A DNA stretch of 64,000 nucleotides from Candidatus Woesebacteria bacterium GW2011_GWB1_39_12 (lineage in GTDB: Bacteria; Patescibacteriota; Microgenomatia; UBA8517), in NCBI GenBank assembly GCA_000993405.1, contig LBWB01000005.1:3698-67697 (forward strand). The letters run 5' to 3'. Positions 7,919 to 15,301 of the stretch are shown here, piece by piece. The notes beneath the pieces were generated by a model. The model saw only the letters and a program-made list of their open reading frames with translations, was not told where the DNA came from and made no database searches. The number at the start of each line of letters is the position of its first letter. Within the stretch, counting starts at the first letter, position 1. The translations under genes were made by a program, and so were the position numbers.

Positions 7919-8581
7919 ATGCCTGATGTATTTGTTTCAAAAGAAAAGACAAAATCTTCTAAGCCGAAGTCGATTATTACTAAACCTAAAGGACCTGAAA
8001 GGCATAATCTTCCCGGCCATACTCATAATCCTTTAGCCGCCTTTTGCTACTACCCGGATTATGTGAAGTTTGTCAGCGAAGATCCCGAGGAAAAGGTGGT
8101 TTTACTTTTACGCCGGCATCCGATAACCAACGTAAAATGGATACTTCCCGCATTTCTGATGGTATTAGCACCTTCTTTTTTCCCCGTAATTTTGCCTTAC
8201 GATCTTTTACCAGCAGGTTTTCGGATTATATTCCCACTTGTTTGGTATCTTATAACCTCGGCTTTCATCCTCGAGGAATTTTTGAGCTGGTTTTTCCACG
8301 TTAATATTGTAACCGATGAAAGAATTGTTGAGGTTGATTTTTTTAACCTCGTTTCAAGAGAAATAACCGACGCTAATATAGATCAGATTCAGGATGTTAC
8401 TCCGCGTGTTGTAGGAGCAGTAAGAACATTTTTTAACTTCGGTGATGTGGTGATACAGACGGCAGCCGCGGTTCCCTTGATTAATTTTGAGGCTGTTCCA
8501 AATCCGGACAAAGTAGCCAGAATATTAAGAGAATCACGTATCGAGGAGGAGCAGGAAAAATTGGAAGGAAGGGTTAGATAA
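7919..8581 (+). CDS. YdbS-like bacterial PH domain (bPH_2) membrane protein
   Basis: 220 aa. LLLRRHPITNVKWILPAFLMVLAPSF, two TM helices, then ...VTDERIVEVDFFNL...NFGDVVIQTAAA, which is typical of PF03703-type proteins. Confidence 0.6.
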   Translation: MPDVFVSKEKTKSSKPKSIITKPKGPERHNLPGHTHNPLAAFCYYPDYVKFVSEDPEEKVVLLLRRHPITNVKWILPAFLMVLAPSFFPVILPYDLLPAGFRIIFPLVWYLITSAFILEEFLSWFFHVNIVTDERIVEVDFFNLVSREITDANIDQIQDVTPRVVGAVRTFFNFGDVVIQTAAAVPLINFEAVPNPDKVARILRESRIEEEQEKLEGRVR

Positions 8582-8582
8582 T

Positions 8583-8807
8583 ATGCAAGATTTTGGAAGT
8601 ATTGCACCCTCTATCTTTATTCTTATAAAAATTGCTGTTTGGATTTTTCTTTTTACGTATGTTCTATTTTCCGGAGTTGTCATAAAACAAGTTCGTGTTA
8701 TGACGCAGACTTTGGAAGTAGGCTTTGAAAAACCGATAAAACTCATTGCGCTTGTTCACTTTATTGTCTCTCTCACCGTTTTTATTTTAGCCCTTATTAT
8801 TCTTTAA
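8583..8807 (+). CDS. Small hypothetical membrane protein
   Basis: 74 aa, two predicted TM segments. Start overlaps the stop of the upstream gene. Confidence 0.45.
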   Translation: MQDFGSIAPSIFILIKIAVWIFLFTYVLFSGVVIKQVRVMTQTLEVGFEKPIKLIALVHFIVSLTVFILALIIL

Positions 8808-8825
8808 GATAAAGTGTCTTAGCTT

Positions 8826-8851
8826 ATGAACTGGTTTCAAAACCAGTTCAT
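8826..8851 (+). terminator. Perfect 12-bp inverted repeat (atgaactggttt / aaaccagttcat) downstream of the 8583..8807 gene
   Basis: Seen in sequence. No T-tract follows, so it could be a Rho-independent-like hairpin or a protein-binding palindrome. Confidence 0.35.
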
Positions 8852-8908
8852 ATAACCTAGTGTAAGCTCTCAAAACGAGCCTAGAAGGCGAGTTTTGAAA
8901 CAGGTTCT

Positions 8909-10762
8909 ATGCCTTTTGAGATCATCTCGGCAAAACTTACGGGTAATCCCGACGCAGCAGGTTGGGCTCAAATTTATGAATTCAGTCCAGACGACGAAGA
9001 GAAATATAAGCTTAGAGGGAAACTTTTTGCGGTAATTTCCACTTCAACAAAAGAGGTTGGAATGGATACGGTTCTTGCAGGGAGAGAAGTTTTGTCACGC
9101 CTTCATGAAGAATATTTTGGAGAAACTTCAGGAAGTTCTTTTTCAAGACTGAAAATCTCTGTTGAGAAAGTTATAAACGAATTTTCTTCGTGGGAAGATA
9201 TTCAAATTGCCTGCGTTTCTTATGTTAATAATGTTTTTAACGTGGCTGCCGGTGGTGGGGCGCGGATTGTTGTTTTGAGACAAGGCGACCTGTCAACCAT
9301 TCTTCAAAGTCAATCTGGGGAAGTTCAGATAGCGTCTGGTATTCCCAAAGAAGGTGATTTTGTCATTTTGGCTACTAGTCAATTTTTCAATAGATTTTCA
9401 CAGGGGGTTCTTAAGGGGGCAATTCAAGGAAGAGATCCAAAAGAAGTCGTTGAAGTTCTTGCGCCAATTATTCATTCAGGAGGTTTAACAGGTAGTCTCG
9501 GTGCAAGTTTTTTAAAAGTAGTAACGCTTGCACCAAAATTTGACCAAGCTCCTGCAGGTAATAGAATCGAACCCACAGAAATGTTTTCCCAAGGAGTTAA
9601 AAATATTTCTGGATTATTCAAAGGATTGAAAGCAAGAGCCGTTTATGTTCGAAATGTTGGAGACGAAAAAGTGCCGCCAAAAAAGAGGGTTTTGGCGAGC
9701 ATAGGCGCAGTTCTTCTTATAACTTTAGTCGTTAGCATTTTTTTTGGAATTAGACAAAAAAGAAACAATGATTTACAAAAGGAGTTTGAGGAAAATTTTT
9801 CGGTAGCGGTGCATGAATTAGATGAAGCCGAAACCCTTTATTCTTTGAATCCGGATCGAGCAAGAGATCTTTTTTACGGGGCAAGAGAAAAAGTTTTGGG
9901 TTTATCGAAAGAGAATTTTAAGGAGGAGGAGGTTGCCGAACTTAAAAAAAAGATCGAGGAGGGGGGAAGAAAGATCTTGGGTGAACACACTCAGGAGCCA
10001 TTAACTTTTGTTGATCTTGGGCTCTTAAGTCAGGGATTTGACGGAGATAGTTTAGTCTTTTCTGATGGAAAAGTTTTTGTTTTCGACAAAGAGGGAAAAA
10101 GAATTGTAAGTGTTGAGATTAAATCCAAACGAGCGGAGGTGATTGCCGGAACAAATCTTCTTGGTAAGGCCGAGGCAATTGCCGTCTACTCGGACAGAGT
10201 CTTTACTATTACTCCGGAGGGCATTTTCGAAATTTTTGAAAATAGCAAAAAGGTGATTGAAGCAGAATGGGACGGAGAAATCTTGGCATACTCATATGCA
10301 GGTAACTTTTATGTCCTTGAGAAAAGTGGTTCTGTAATTTGGCGCTACGCCGGCAGCGAAAATGGTTTTTCGGCAAGGCGAAACTGGCTAACAGAAAGCG
10401 TGGTTGTTGATTTGACCGATGCCAAACAAATTGTAATAAATGGTTCGATTTGGGTTTTAAAGGACGATGGCGAGGTTGTTAAACTGACTTTAGGAAATTT
10501 ACAGGCGTTTGGTCTTAAGAATGTTGCTCCCGACGTCGATAAAGCCGACGCAATTTTTGTCAGTGAAGAGACCGAAGATTTTTATGTTTTAGAAAGTGAT
10601 GGCGGCCGAGTCGTTGTTGTAAATAAAGACGGAGAATATAAAGCACAATATCTGTCAGATCAAATAAAGAACGCAAGATCTCTTGTGGTGTCAGAAGAAG
10701 AGAAGAAGTTAATTCTTCTTACCGGAAACAAACTTTTTTCAATTGATCTTGAACATTTATAA
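8909..10762 (+). CDS. Membrane protein: cytoplasmic PP2C-like, possibly degenerate N-terminal domain; single TM; extracellular beta-propeller-like repeats
   Basis: 617 aa. N-terminal NVAAGGGARIVVLRQG and GDFVILATSQFF resemble PP2C motifs, but the catalytic Asp residues are not evident. TM VLASIGAVLLITLVVSIFFGI. C-terminal repeated blades (VFVFDKEGK, FYVLEKSGSVIW, IWVLKDDGEVV, FYVLESDGGRVVVV). Confidence 0.45.
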   Translation: MPFEIISAKLTGNPDAAGWAQIYEFSPDDEEKYKLRGKLFAVISTSTKEVGMDTVLAGREVLSRLHEEYFGETSGSSFSRLKISVEKVINEFSSWEDIQIACVSYVNNVFNVAAGGGARIVVLRQGDLSTILQSQSGEVQIASGIPKEGDFVILATSQFFNRFSQGVLKGAIQGRDPKEVVEVLAPIIHSGGLTGSLGASFLKVVTLAPKFDQAPAGNRIEPTEMFSQGVKNISGLFKGLKARAVYVRNVGDEKVPPKKRVLASIGAVLLITLVVSIFFGIRQKRNNDLQKEFEENFSVAVHELDEAETLYSLNPDRARDLFYGAREKVLGLSKENFKEEEVAELKKKIEEGGRKILGEHTQEPLTFVDLGLLSQGFDGDSLVFSDGKVFVFDKEGKRIVSVEIKSKRAEVIAGTNLLGKAEAIAVYSDRVFTITPEGIFEIFENSKKVIEAEWDGEILAYSYAGNFYVLEKSGSVIWRYAGSENGFSARRNWLTESVVVDLTDAKQIVINGSIWVLKDDGEVVKLTLGNLQAFGLKNVAPDVDKADAIFVSEETEDFYVLESDGGRVVVVNKDGEYKAQYLSDQIKNARSLVVSEEEKKLILLTGNKLFSIDLEHL

Positions 10763-10809
10763 TTTTAGGTTGATTTTATGTCAAACTCCGAGTATAATAC
10801 AGGCTGTTT

Positions 10810-11169
10810 GGGGACGATCGGTTTCGACGGGAAATGTACTTTAAAATCTGCAAGCAAAGTTTGACCCACACTTTTCAAAAGAGGTCAAAAAGAATAATTG
10901 CTAACAAAAGCGATTATGACTTCGACTACGCTTATTTAAGCTAAGTTGAATGCTCACCGGCCTTGTTTCTCAACCGAGCTGGATGGGTATAAACCTGTTG
11001 AGATGCGGAAAGTATGAGTGGTTTTATATACTTTCCTAAGACTTAAAACCAAACTCTCAACTCTTTCTTTAGTTTTAATGTTGAGAATTAAAAATTTAAG
11101 CTAAATAAGCTTGTAGAAGATTTTAAATTCATTTTTCGGACGAGGGTTCGATTCCCTCCGTCTCCACCA
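10810..11169 (+). ncRNA. ssrA: tmRNA (SsrA)
   Basis: 5' GGGGACGATCGGTTTCGACGGG matches the canonical tmRNA 5' end. 3' GGACGAGGGTTCGATTCCCTCCGTCTCCACCA is a tRNA-like T-arm plus acceptor plus encoded CCA. Acceptor pairing GGGGACG/CGTCTCC. By analogy with the E. coli resume region, the tag ORF is GCT AAC AAA AGC GAT TAT GAC TTC GAC TAC GCT TAT TTA AGC TAA = (A)NKSDYDFDYAYLS. smpB lies immediately downstream on the opposite strand. Confidence 0.85.
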
Positions 11170-11172
11170 AAT

Positions 11173-11607
11173 TTACTTGAGCTTTTCTCGAAGCTCTTGT
11201 TCCATTTCTCTTTGAATATCCTTTTTCTTAATACTTTCCTTTTTTTCAAACTTTCTTTTCGATTTTGCCAGAGCAAGCTCAATCTTGGCAAGATTTCCTT
11301 TTGTATAAATTTTTGTCGGGACAAGAGTCAACCTTTTTTGTTTTATCTTCGTTTGAATGGAAATAATTTGGTCTTTGTGAAGAAGGAGTTTTCTGGTTCT
11401 GGTCGATGAATAGTCCTTTTTTCCCTCGACCGGTATGTTTGCGTTGACTAGATAGATTTCGCGGTCAATAATTTTTGCAAAAGAATCCGATAAATTTACG
11501 TGCCCACCCCTTACGGCTTTTGCTTCAGCGCCCAATAAAGATATTCCCGCCTCGATTCTTTCGAAGAGATTATAATTAAACTTAGCCTTTTTATTTACAA
11601 TTTGCAT
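11173..11607 (-). CDS. smpB: SsrA-binding protein SmpB
   Basis: ORF 11173..11670. The likely start is the ATG at 11607 (MQIVNKKAKFNYNLFERIEAGISLLGAEAKAVRGG...RKLLLHKDQI...LTLVPTKIYTKGNLAKIELALAKSK). Matches the conserved SmpB core. A heptamer repeat array sits at and upstream of the start. Confidence 0.85.
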   Translation of the reverse strand: MQIVNKKAKFNYNLFERIEAGISLLGAEAKAVRGGHVNLSDSFAKIIDREIYLVNANIPVEGKKDYSSTRTRKLLLHKDQIISIQTKIKQKRLTLVPTKIYTKGNLAKIELALAKSKRKFEKKESIKKKDIQREMEQELREKLK

Positions 11608-11616
11608 AATAATATA

Positions 11617-11658
11617 GTGCAAAGTACAAAGAGCAAAGAACAAAGGAGTAAGCGAGTA
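11617..11658. repeat. Degenerate heptamer tandem array (gtgcaaa gtacaaa gagcaaa gaacaaa ggagtaa gcgagta), 6 units
   Basis: Read directly. Located at the 5' end of, or upstream of, smpB. Confidence 0.8.
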
Positions 11659-11714
11659 AGATTTTCCCATGCGCTTTGTCCTATGAACTTTGTGCTAGTT
11701 TATTTTACTCTTAA

Positions 11715-12383
11715 ATGGACTTAATTAGCTTAATATTTCCAAAAACGTGTTTAGGATGTGGTAGAGAAGGGAAATATATTTGTCAATCGTGTATTAATAA
11801 ACTTGTACTCCTTAAGCAGTTATGTCCTTATTGCGAGAAGGCGTCAACCGACGGGGTTACACATATTAAGTGTCTAAAGAAACTTCGACTTAGCGGCGTT
11901 TTTTCAATATGGCCATACGAGGGAGTGATTCGGACTGCGATTTTAAAGCTCAAATATAAATTTGCCAAGGAGATTGCGAAAGAACTCTCAGAATACATGG
12001 CAAATTACCTTAAAAACCAACCGATATTTCCGAAAAACTTGACACTTACACCGATTCCTCTTTATTTCCTCAGAGAAAACTTTCGCGGATTTAATCAAAG
12101 CGAACTTGTTGGTGAACCTTTAACAAAGAAGATGGGCTGGGATTTTAATTCTGATATTCTTATTCGGAAAAGGTTTCGCCGCCCCCAAACCGAGCTTAAA
12201 GGGAAAGAGCGACGAAGGAATATAAAAGGAGTTTTTTCTATGAATCCCAGCTACAAACTACAAACTACCAGCTACATACTTTTCGACGATGTCTATACCA
12301 CGGGTTCGACTCTCAAAGAAGCTGCGAAAGTATTAAAGCGAAACGGAGCGAAAGAAGTTTGGGGGTTAACAATCGCAAGATAA
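11715..12383 (+). CDS. comF: ComF family protein (phosphoribosyltransferase domain with N-terminal Cys4 zinc finger)
   Basis: 222 aa. CLGCGREGKYICQSCINKL...CPYCEK zinc ribbon. C-terminal PRTase motif ILFDDVYTTGSTLKEAAKVLKRNGAKEVWGLTIAR. Confidence 0.8.
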   Translation: MDLISLIFPKTCLGCGREGKYICQSCINKLVLLKQLCPYCEKASTDGVTHIKCLKKLRLSGVFSIWPYEGVIRTAILKLKYKFAKEIAKELSEYMANYLKNQPIFPKNLTLTPIPLYFLRENFRGFNQSELVGEPLTKKMGWDFNSDILIRKRFRRPQTELKGKERRRNIKGVFSMNPSYKLQTTSYILFDDVYTTGSTLKEAAKVLKRNGAKEVWGLTIAR

Positions 12384-12390
12384 ATAGGGA

Positions 12391-12807
12391 TTAGCGATAA
12401 GGACCGTAATATTTCAGTGATTCAGGATATTTTGAGCGTGCGACAAAGAAAATATTCCAGACTGGATCGGTCAATAACCATATTCCCTCTGTCGATAAAT
12501 TGGTTTCTTTGCCTTTTTCATAAATGATATTTACAACGTCTTGTTTAATCTGTTTGATCTCTAGTTTTTTATATGGAAACAATGGGGACTTCACGCACGA
12601 AGCATAAAGTAGATCAGACCAATCAATACATTTATCTAATTCAGTAGCTATCCATTCTTGATAGTTAAAATTTTTAGCAAACTGGGTTTTATCTTCAACG
12701 TCGGGAATTATCCGGAGGAGAAGTAACGATTTTATGGTAAGTGCAACACTTACTACTAAACCAACCGTAAGAGTAAAAAATAAAATCTTCTTGAATTTCT
12801 CTTTCAC
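12391..12807 (-). CDS. Hypothetical membrane-anchored protein
   Basis: 138 aa, N-terminal TM or signal anchor. No recognisable motif. Confidence 0.45.
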   Translation of the reverse strand: MKEKFKKILFFTLTVGLVVSVALTIKSLLLLRIIPDVEDKTQFAKNFNYQEWIATELDKCIDWSDLLYASCVKSPLFPYKKLEIKQIKQDVVNIIYEKGKETNLSTEGIWLLTDPVWNIFFVARSKYPESLKYYGPYR

Positions 12808-12898
12808 AATTTTAGCATAACAATAATTAACCAGAATTTCTAATGGAGTGGAAGATTAAGTGTACTAGCAAGAGAATTATTTGAAGCAAATGTATTTG

Positions 12899-12983
12899 CG
12901 GAGGGTACAGGATTCGAACCTGTGTAGGGATTTCTCCCTCGAGTTTTCGAAACTCGCGCAATTGTCCACTCTGCCAACCCTCC
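12899..12983 (-). tRNA. tRNA-Ser (anticodon CGA)
   Basis: Reverse complement GGAGGGTTGGCAGAGTGGACAATTGCGCGAGTTTCGAAAACTCGAGGGAGAAATCCCTACACAGGTTCGAATCCTGTACCCTCCG. Cloverleaf with anticodon loop TTCGAAA, a long variable arm, T-loop GGTTCGAAT. No CCA encoded. Confidence 0.85.
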
Positions 12984-13112
12984 TCGTCGGAACTAGCTTC
13001 GCTTTCCGCAAACCGCTTACGCTTTTTGCTTTACGCTTCGCTGTTCCTCCTCTCAAAATTTCTTGAAGAAATTTTGTATCTTCAAATTCCAAAGGGGTAT
13101 ATCTTTGATGGG

Positions 13113-13185
13113 TGCACCTGGGAGGAATCGAACCTCCAACCTCTTAGTCCGCAACCAAGCGTTCTATCCATTGAACTACAGGTGC
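13113..13185 (-). tRNA. tRNA-Arg (anticodon reads GCG)
   Basis: Reverse complement GCACCTGTAGTTCAATGGATAGAACGCTTGGTTGCGGACTAAGAGGTTGGAGGTTCGATTCCTCCCAGGTGCA. Standard 73-nt cloverleaf, anticodon loop TTGCGGA. Confidence 0.75.
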
Positions 13186-13195
13186 GAATATAACG

Positions 13196-13263
13196 AGCAC
13201 TTGTAGCGAGATCGACAAGGTTCTGAGCGGAGCTCAGGTTCTTATCCATTGAACTACAGGTGC
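13196..13263 (-). pseudogene. Degenerate tRNA-like partial duplicate: 5' half identical to the adjacent tRNA-Arg, aberrant anticodon and T arms
   Basis: Reverse complement GCACCTGTAGTTCAATGGATAAGAAC CTGAGCTCCGCTCAG AACCTTGTCGATCTCGCTA CAAGTGC. The first 25 nt are identical to the tRNA at 13113-13185. The anticodon region is replaced by a CCTGAGC-TCC-GCTCAGG hairpin, and the T arm does not fold canonically. Confidence 0.4.
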
Positions 13264-13320
13264 AAGTACATAATTTTACCAGATTTGAAGCCAAAAATCT
13301 TCTTAGGTTAAAGAAGGGGC

Positions 13321-13899
13321 TTAGGAGATTTTTTTTGAAACCCAGTCTGAAGCTTTATCCATTCTCGTGGGAGCTGCTTCCTCCTCAGGAATATAAAGAG
13401 AAAGGGACTTTTTAATTTTATCCTTATCGCTATCGTTAATTACCAACTCTAACCTTCCCGGAACTACCAGTGTTTCCAAGATCAATAAATCAGTATTCAA
13501 GCGTTTTGTAAACCAAAAACGAGTGAAAAGCTCCCAATCGTTTCTTCTGTCAGCAACTTTTATTCCCTTGTTGGTAACGGCGTATTCGATCGTTTCCGGT
13601 TCCACTGTTGACAAAATATAAAACAAAAAGACCAAAGCGATCAAAAGCACAACAGGCATTGCACCTTCAACAATAAAAAGAATAAATCCAAAAATAGAAG
13701 CAATAACAATTAACCTTACCCAGAATTCCCTCTCTCTTTTCTTAAAAGCTCTTGCCGGTGCCTTCCAGGAAAAAAGCAATTTTTCCGGTTCGGGTCTTGG
13801 AGGAAGTGGGGATTGAACAGGCTGTTGGGGGGTAGCTTGTTGGGTCGCTTGAGGAGAAGGAGCTTGATTACTTTTCTGATTGGGCATATCTAAAATCAT
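13321..13899 (-). CDS. Hypothetical membrane protein: Q/P-rich N-terminus, two TM segments, C-terminal domain of unknown function
   Basis: 192 aa. No recognisable motif. Confidence 0.5.
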   Translation of the reverse strand: MILDMPNQKSNQAPSPQATQQATPQQPVQSPLPPRPEPEKLLFSWKAPARAFKKREREFWVRLIVIASIFGFILFIVEGAMPVVLLIALVFLFYILSTVEPETIEYAVTNKGIKVADRRNDWELFTRFWFTKRLNTDLLILETLVVPGRLELVINDSDKDKIKKSLSLYIPEEEAAPTRMDKASDWVSKKIS

Positions 13900-13964
13900 T
13901 ATACATACTTGGTTAACAGCTTTTCAATAAGCCTTTATCGGTGATATAATCTCAACTGCAAGGA

Positions 13965-14047
13965 GGAGTCGCCTAGTGGTCGATGGCAGAGGTTTGCTAA
14001 ACCTCGATCCGCAGGGGTCACGTGGGTTCGAATCCCACCTCCTCCGC
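13965..14047 (+). tRNA. tRNA-Ser (anticodon GCT)
   Basis: GGAGGAGTCGCCTAGTGGTCGATGGCAGAGGTTTGCTAAACCTCGATCCGCAGGGGTCACGTGGGTTCGAATCCCACCTCCTCCG. Anticodon loop TTGCTAA, long variable arm. A 16-nt copy of its 3' end (gaatcccacctcctcc + ACCA) recurs at 14113-14132. Confidence 0.85.
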
Positions 14048-14136
14048 TCGTTTTACTCGCGGAGTCGTTGGGATTTGATAGCGCACAAGTAAAGTATTTC
14101 ATGCTTTGCACGGCGAATCCCACCTCCTCCACCAAT

Positions 14137-14604
14137 ATGTTAGACAAAAATACTGTTTTAGTTTCCGCTGCGTGTGTCTATAGAGACGTAAAAGGAAAGC
14201 CTCGCTGGTTTTTTATTAAACAGACGGAAGTTGATGGTTGGGAAATTCCCAAGGTTTTGGTAAGAAAAGGAGAATCATCTGTTAGAGCGGTTCTTAGGTT
14301 GATGGGAGAAAAAGGCGGCATGAGTACAAGGGTTTTGGAAGAAGCAGGAAGGGCCGGCGGAGTAACAACTATTAATGGAAGAAGTTTACCCCAGAGACAT
14401 ATTTATTATTTGATGATGGCCAAGTCTTTGGCAAATGAGACAATCGGATTTTCTGAGTGTCTGTGGCTTGAATATTCCAAAGCGGTAAAAAAGGTTAACT
14501 CTAAAAGAGATAAAACGATGTTAAAAGCCGCTAGAGAAACTTTGGAAAAATGGAAAAAGGAAAACCAGAAAAGGAGAAATGGTTTGACATTTGAAGCTTC
14601 ATGA
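14137..14604 (+). CDS. NUDIX-fold protein with a degenerate Nudix box (possibly inactive)
   Basis: ORF 14068..14604. The upstream extension overlaps a tRNA-derived repeat, so the likely start is the ATG at 14137 (MLDKNTVLVSAACVY...). The segment GESSVRAVLRLMGEKGG aligns to the Nudix box but lacks the conserved EE. Confidence 0.5.
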   Translation: MLDKNTVLVSAACVYRDVKGKPRWFFIKQTEVDGWEIPKVLVRKGESSVRAVLRLMGEKGGMSTRVLEEAGRAGGVTTINGRSLPQRHIYYLMMAKSLANETIGFSECLWLEYSKAVKKVNSKRDKTMLKAARETLEKWKKENQKRRNGLTFEAS

Positions 14605-15104
14605 TGCGCGAGTTTTCCGCCGGGGGCGTTGTTTTTAAAAAAGCGAAAAGTAAAGTTTTATGGTTGGTAGCAAAGTCTTCTCCCAGCAAAAAATATCCTG
14701 GAGATATCTACAGACTTCCTAAGGGTTGGGTTGACGATGAAGAAAACGGTAAAAGGCCCGGACCACTTTCAAGGGGAGAAAAAAAGTTAACAGAAGATGA
14801 ACTTCGAAGTACCGCAGTAAGAGAAGTACAGGAAGAAGGAGGAGTAGAAGCCGAAATTATAAAAAAAATCGGAACAGAAAGATTTTTTTATACAAAAGAA
14901 GGAGAACGTATTTTGAAATTTGTTACTTTTTATCTGATGAAGTGGAGGAAGGATTTAGCTACCGGTCCGGGTTTTGAAACCGAAAAAGTTGAGTGGTTGG
15001 ATTACGAAGAAGCTCGAAAAAGACTTACCCATTCCGGAGAGAAAAAGATGCTGGATAAAGCAAAACAGAGTTTAGATCAAGGTTTACAAGAAAGTTTGGT
15101 ATAA
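14601..15104 (+). CDS. NUDIX hydrolase
   Basis: 167 aa. GGVVF...LPKGWVDDEE...Nudix box G-x5-E-x7-REVQEEGGV intact (REUxEExGU signature). Confidence 0.8.
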   Translation: MMREFSAGGVVFKKAKSKVLWLVAKSSPSKKYPGDIYRLPKGWVDDEENGKRPGPLSRGEKKLTEDELRSTAVREVQEEGGVEAEIIKKIGTERFFYTKEGERILKFVTFYLMKWRKDLATGPGFETEKVEWLDYEEARKRLTHSGEKKMLDKAKQSLDQGLQESLV

Positions 15105-15133
15105 TGTAGCGTTTGGATTATTTAGAGTATTAA

Positions 15134-15220
15134 GGAGAGGTGCGAGAGCGGTTTAATCGGTACGATTGGAGATCGTATGTGATCGCAAGGTCACCGAGGG
15201 TTCGAATCCCTCCCTCTCCG
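15134..15220 (+). tRNA. tRNA-Ser (anticodon GGA)
   Basis: GGAGAGGTGCGAGAGCGGTTTAATCGGTACGATTGGAGATCGTATGTGATCGCAAGGTCACCGAGGGTTCGAATCCCTCCCTCTCCG. Anticodon loop TTGGAGA, long variable arm. Confidence 0.85.
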
Positions 15221-15301
15221 CTCACCTTCGTTTTGCTTGATTTAGAACCTTTCCAGTGCTATTATAGGACGTTTAATACTTTTTAGGACTTACTCAAATT
15301 T

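Noticed and set aside
12877-13294. ORFs 12877..13092(-), 12881..13066(+), 13082..13294(-) and 13935..14147(-)
   Set aside because: They overlap the tRNA-Ser/tRNA-Arg genes and tRNA-derived repeats. These are almost certainly non-coding.
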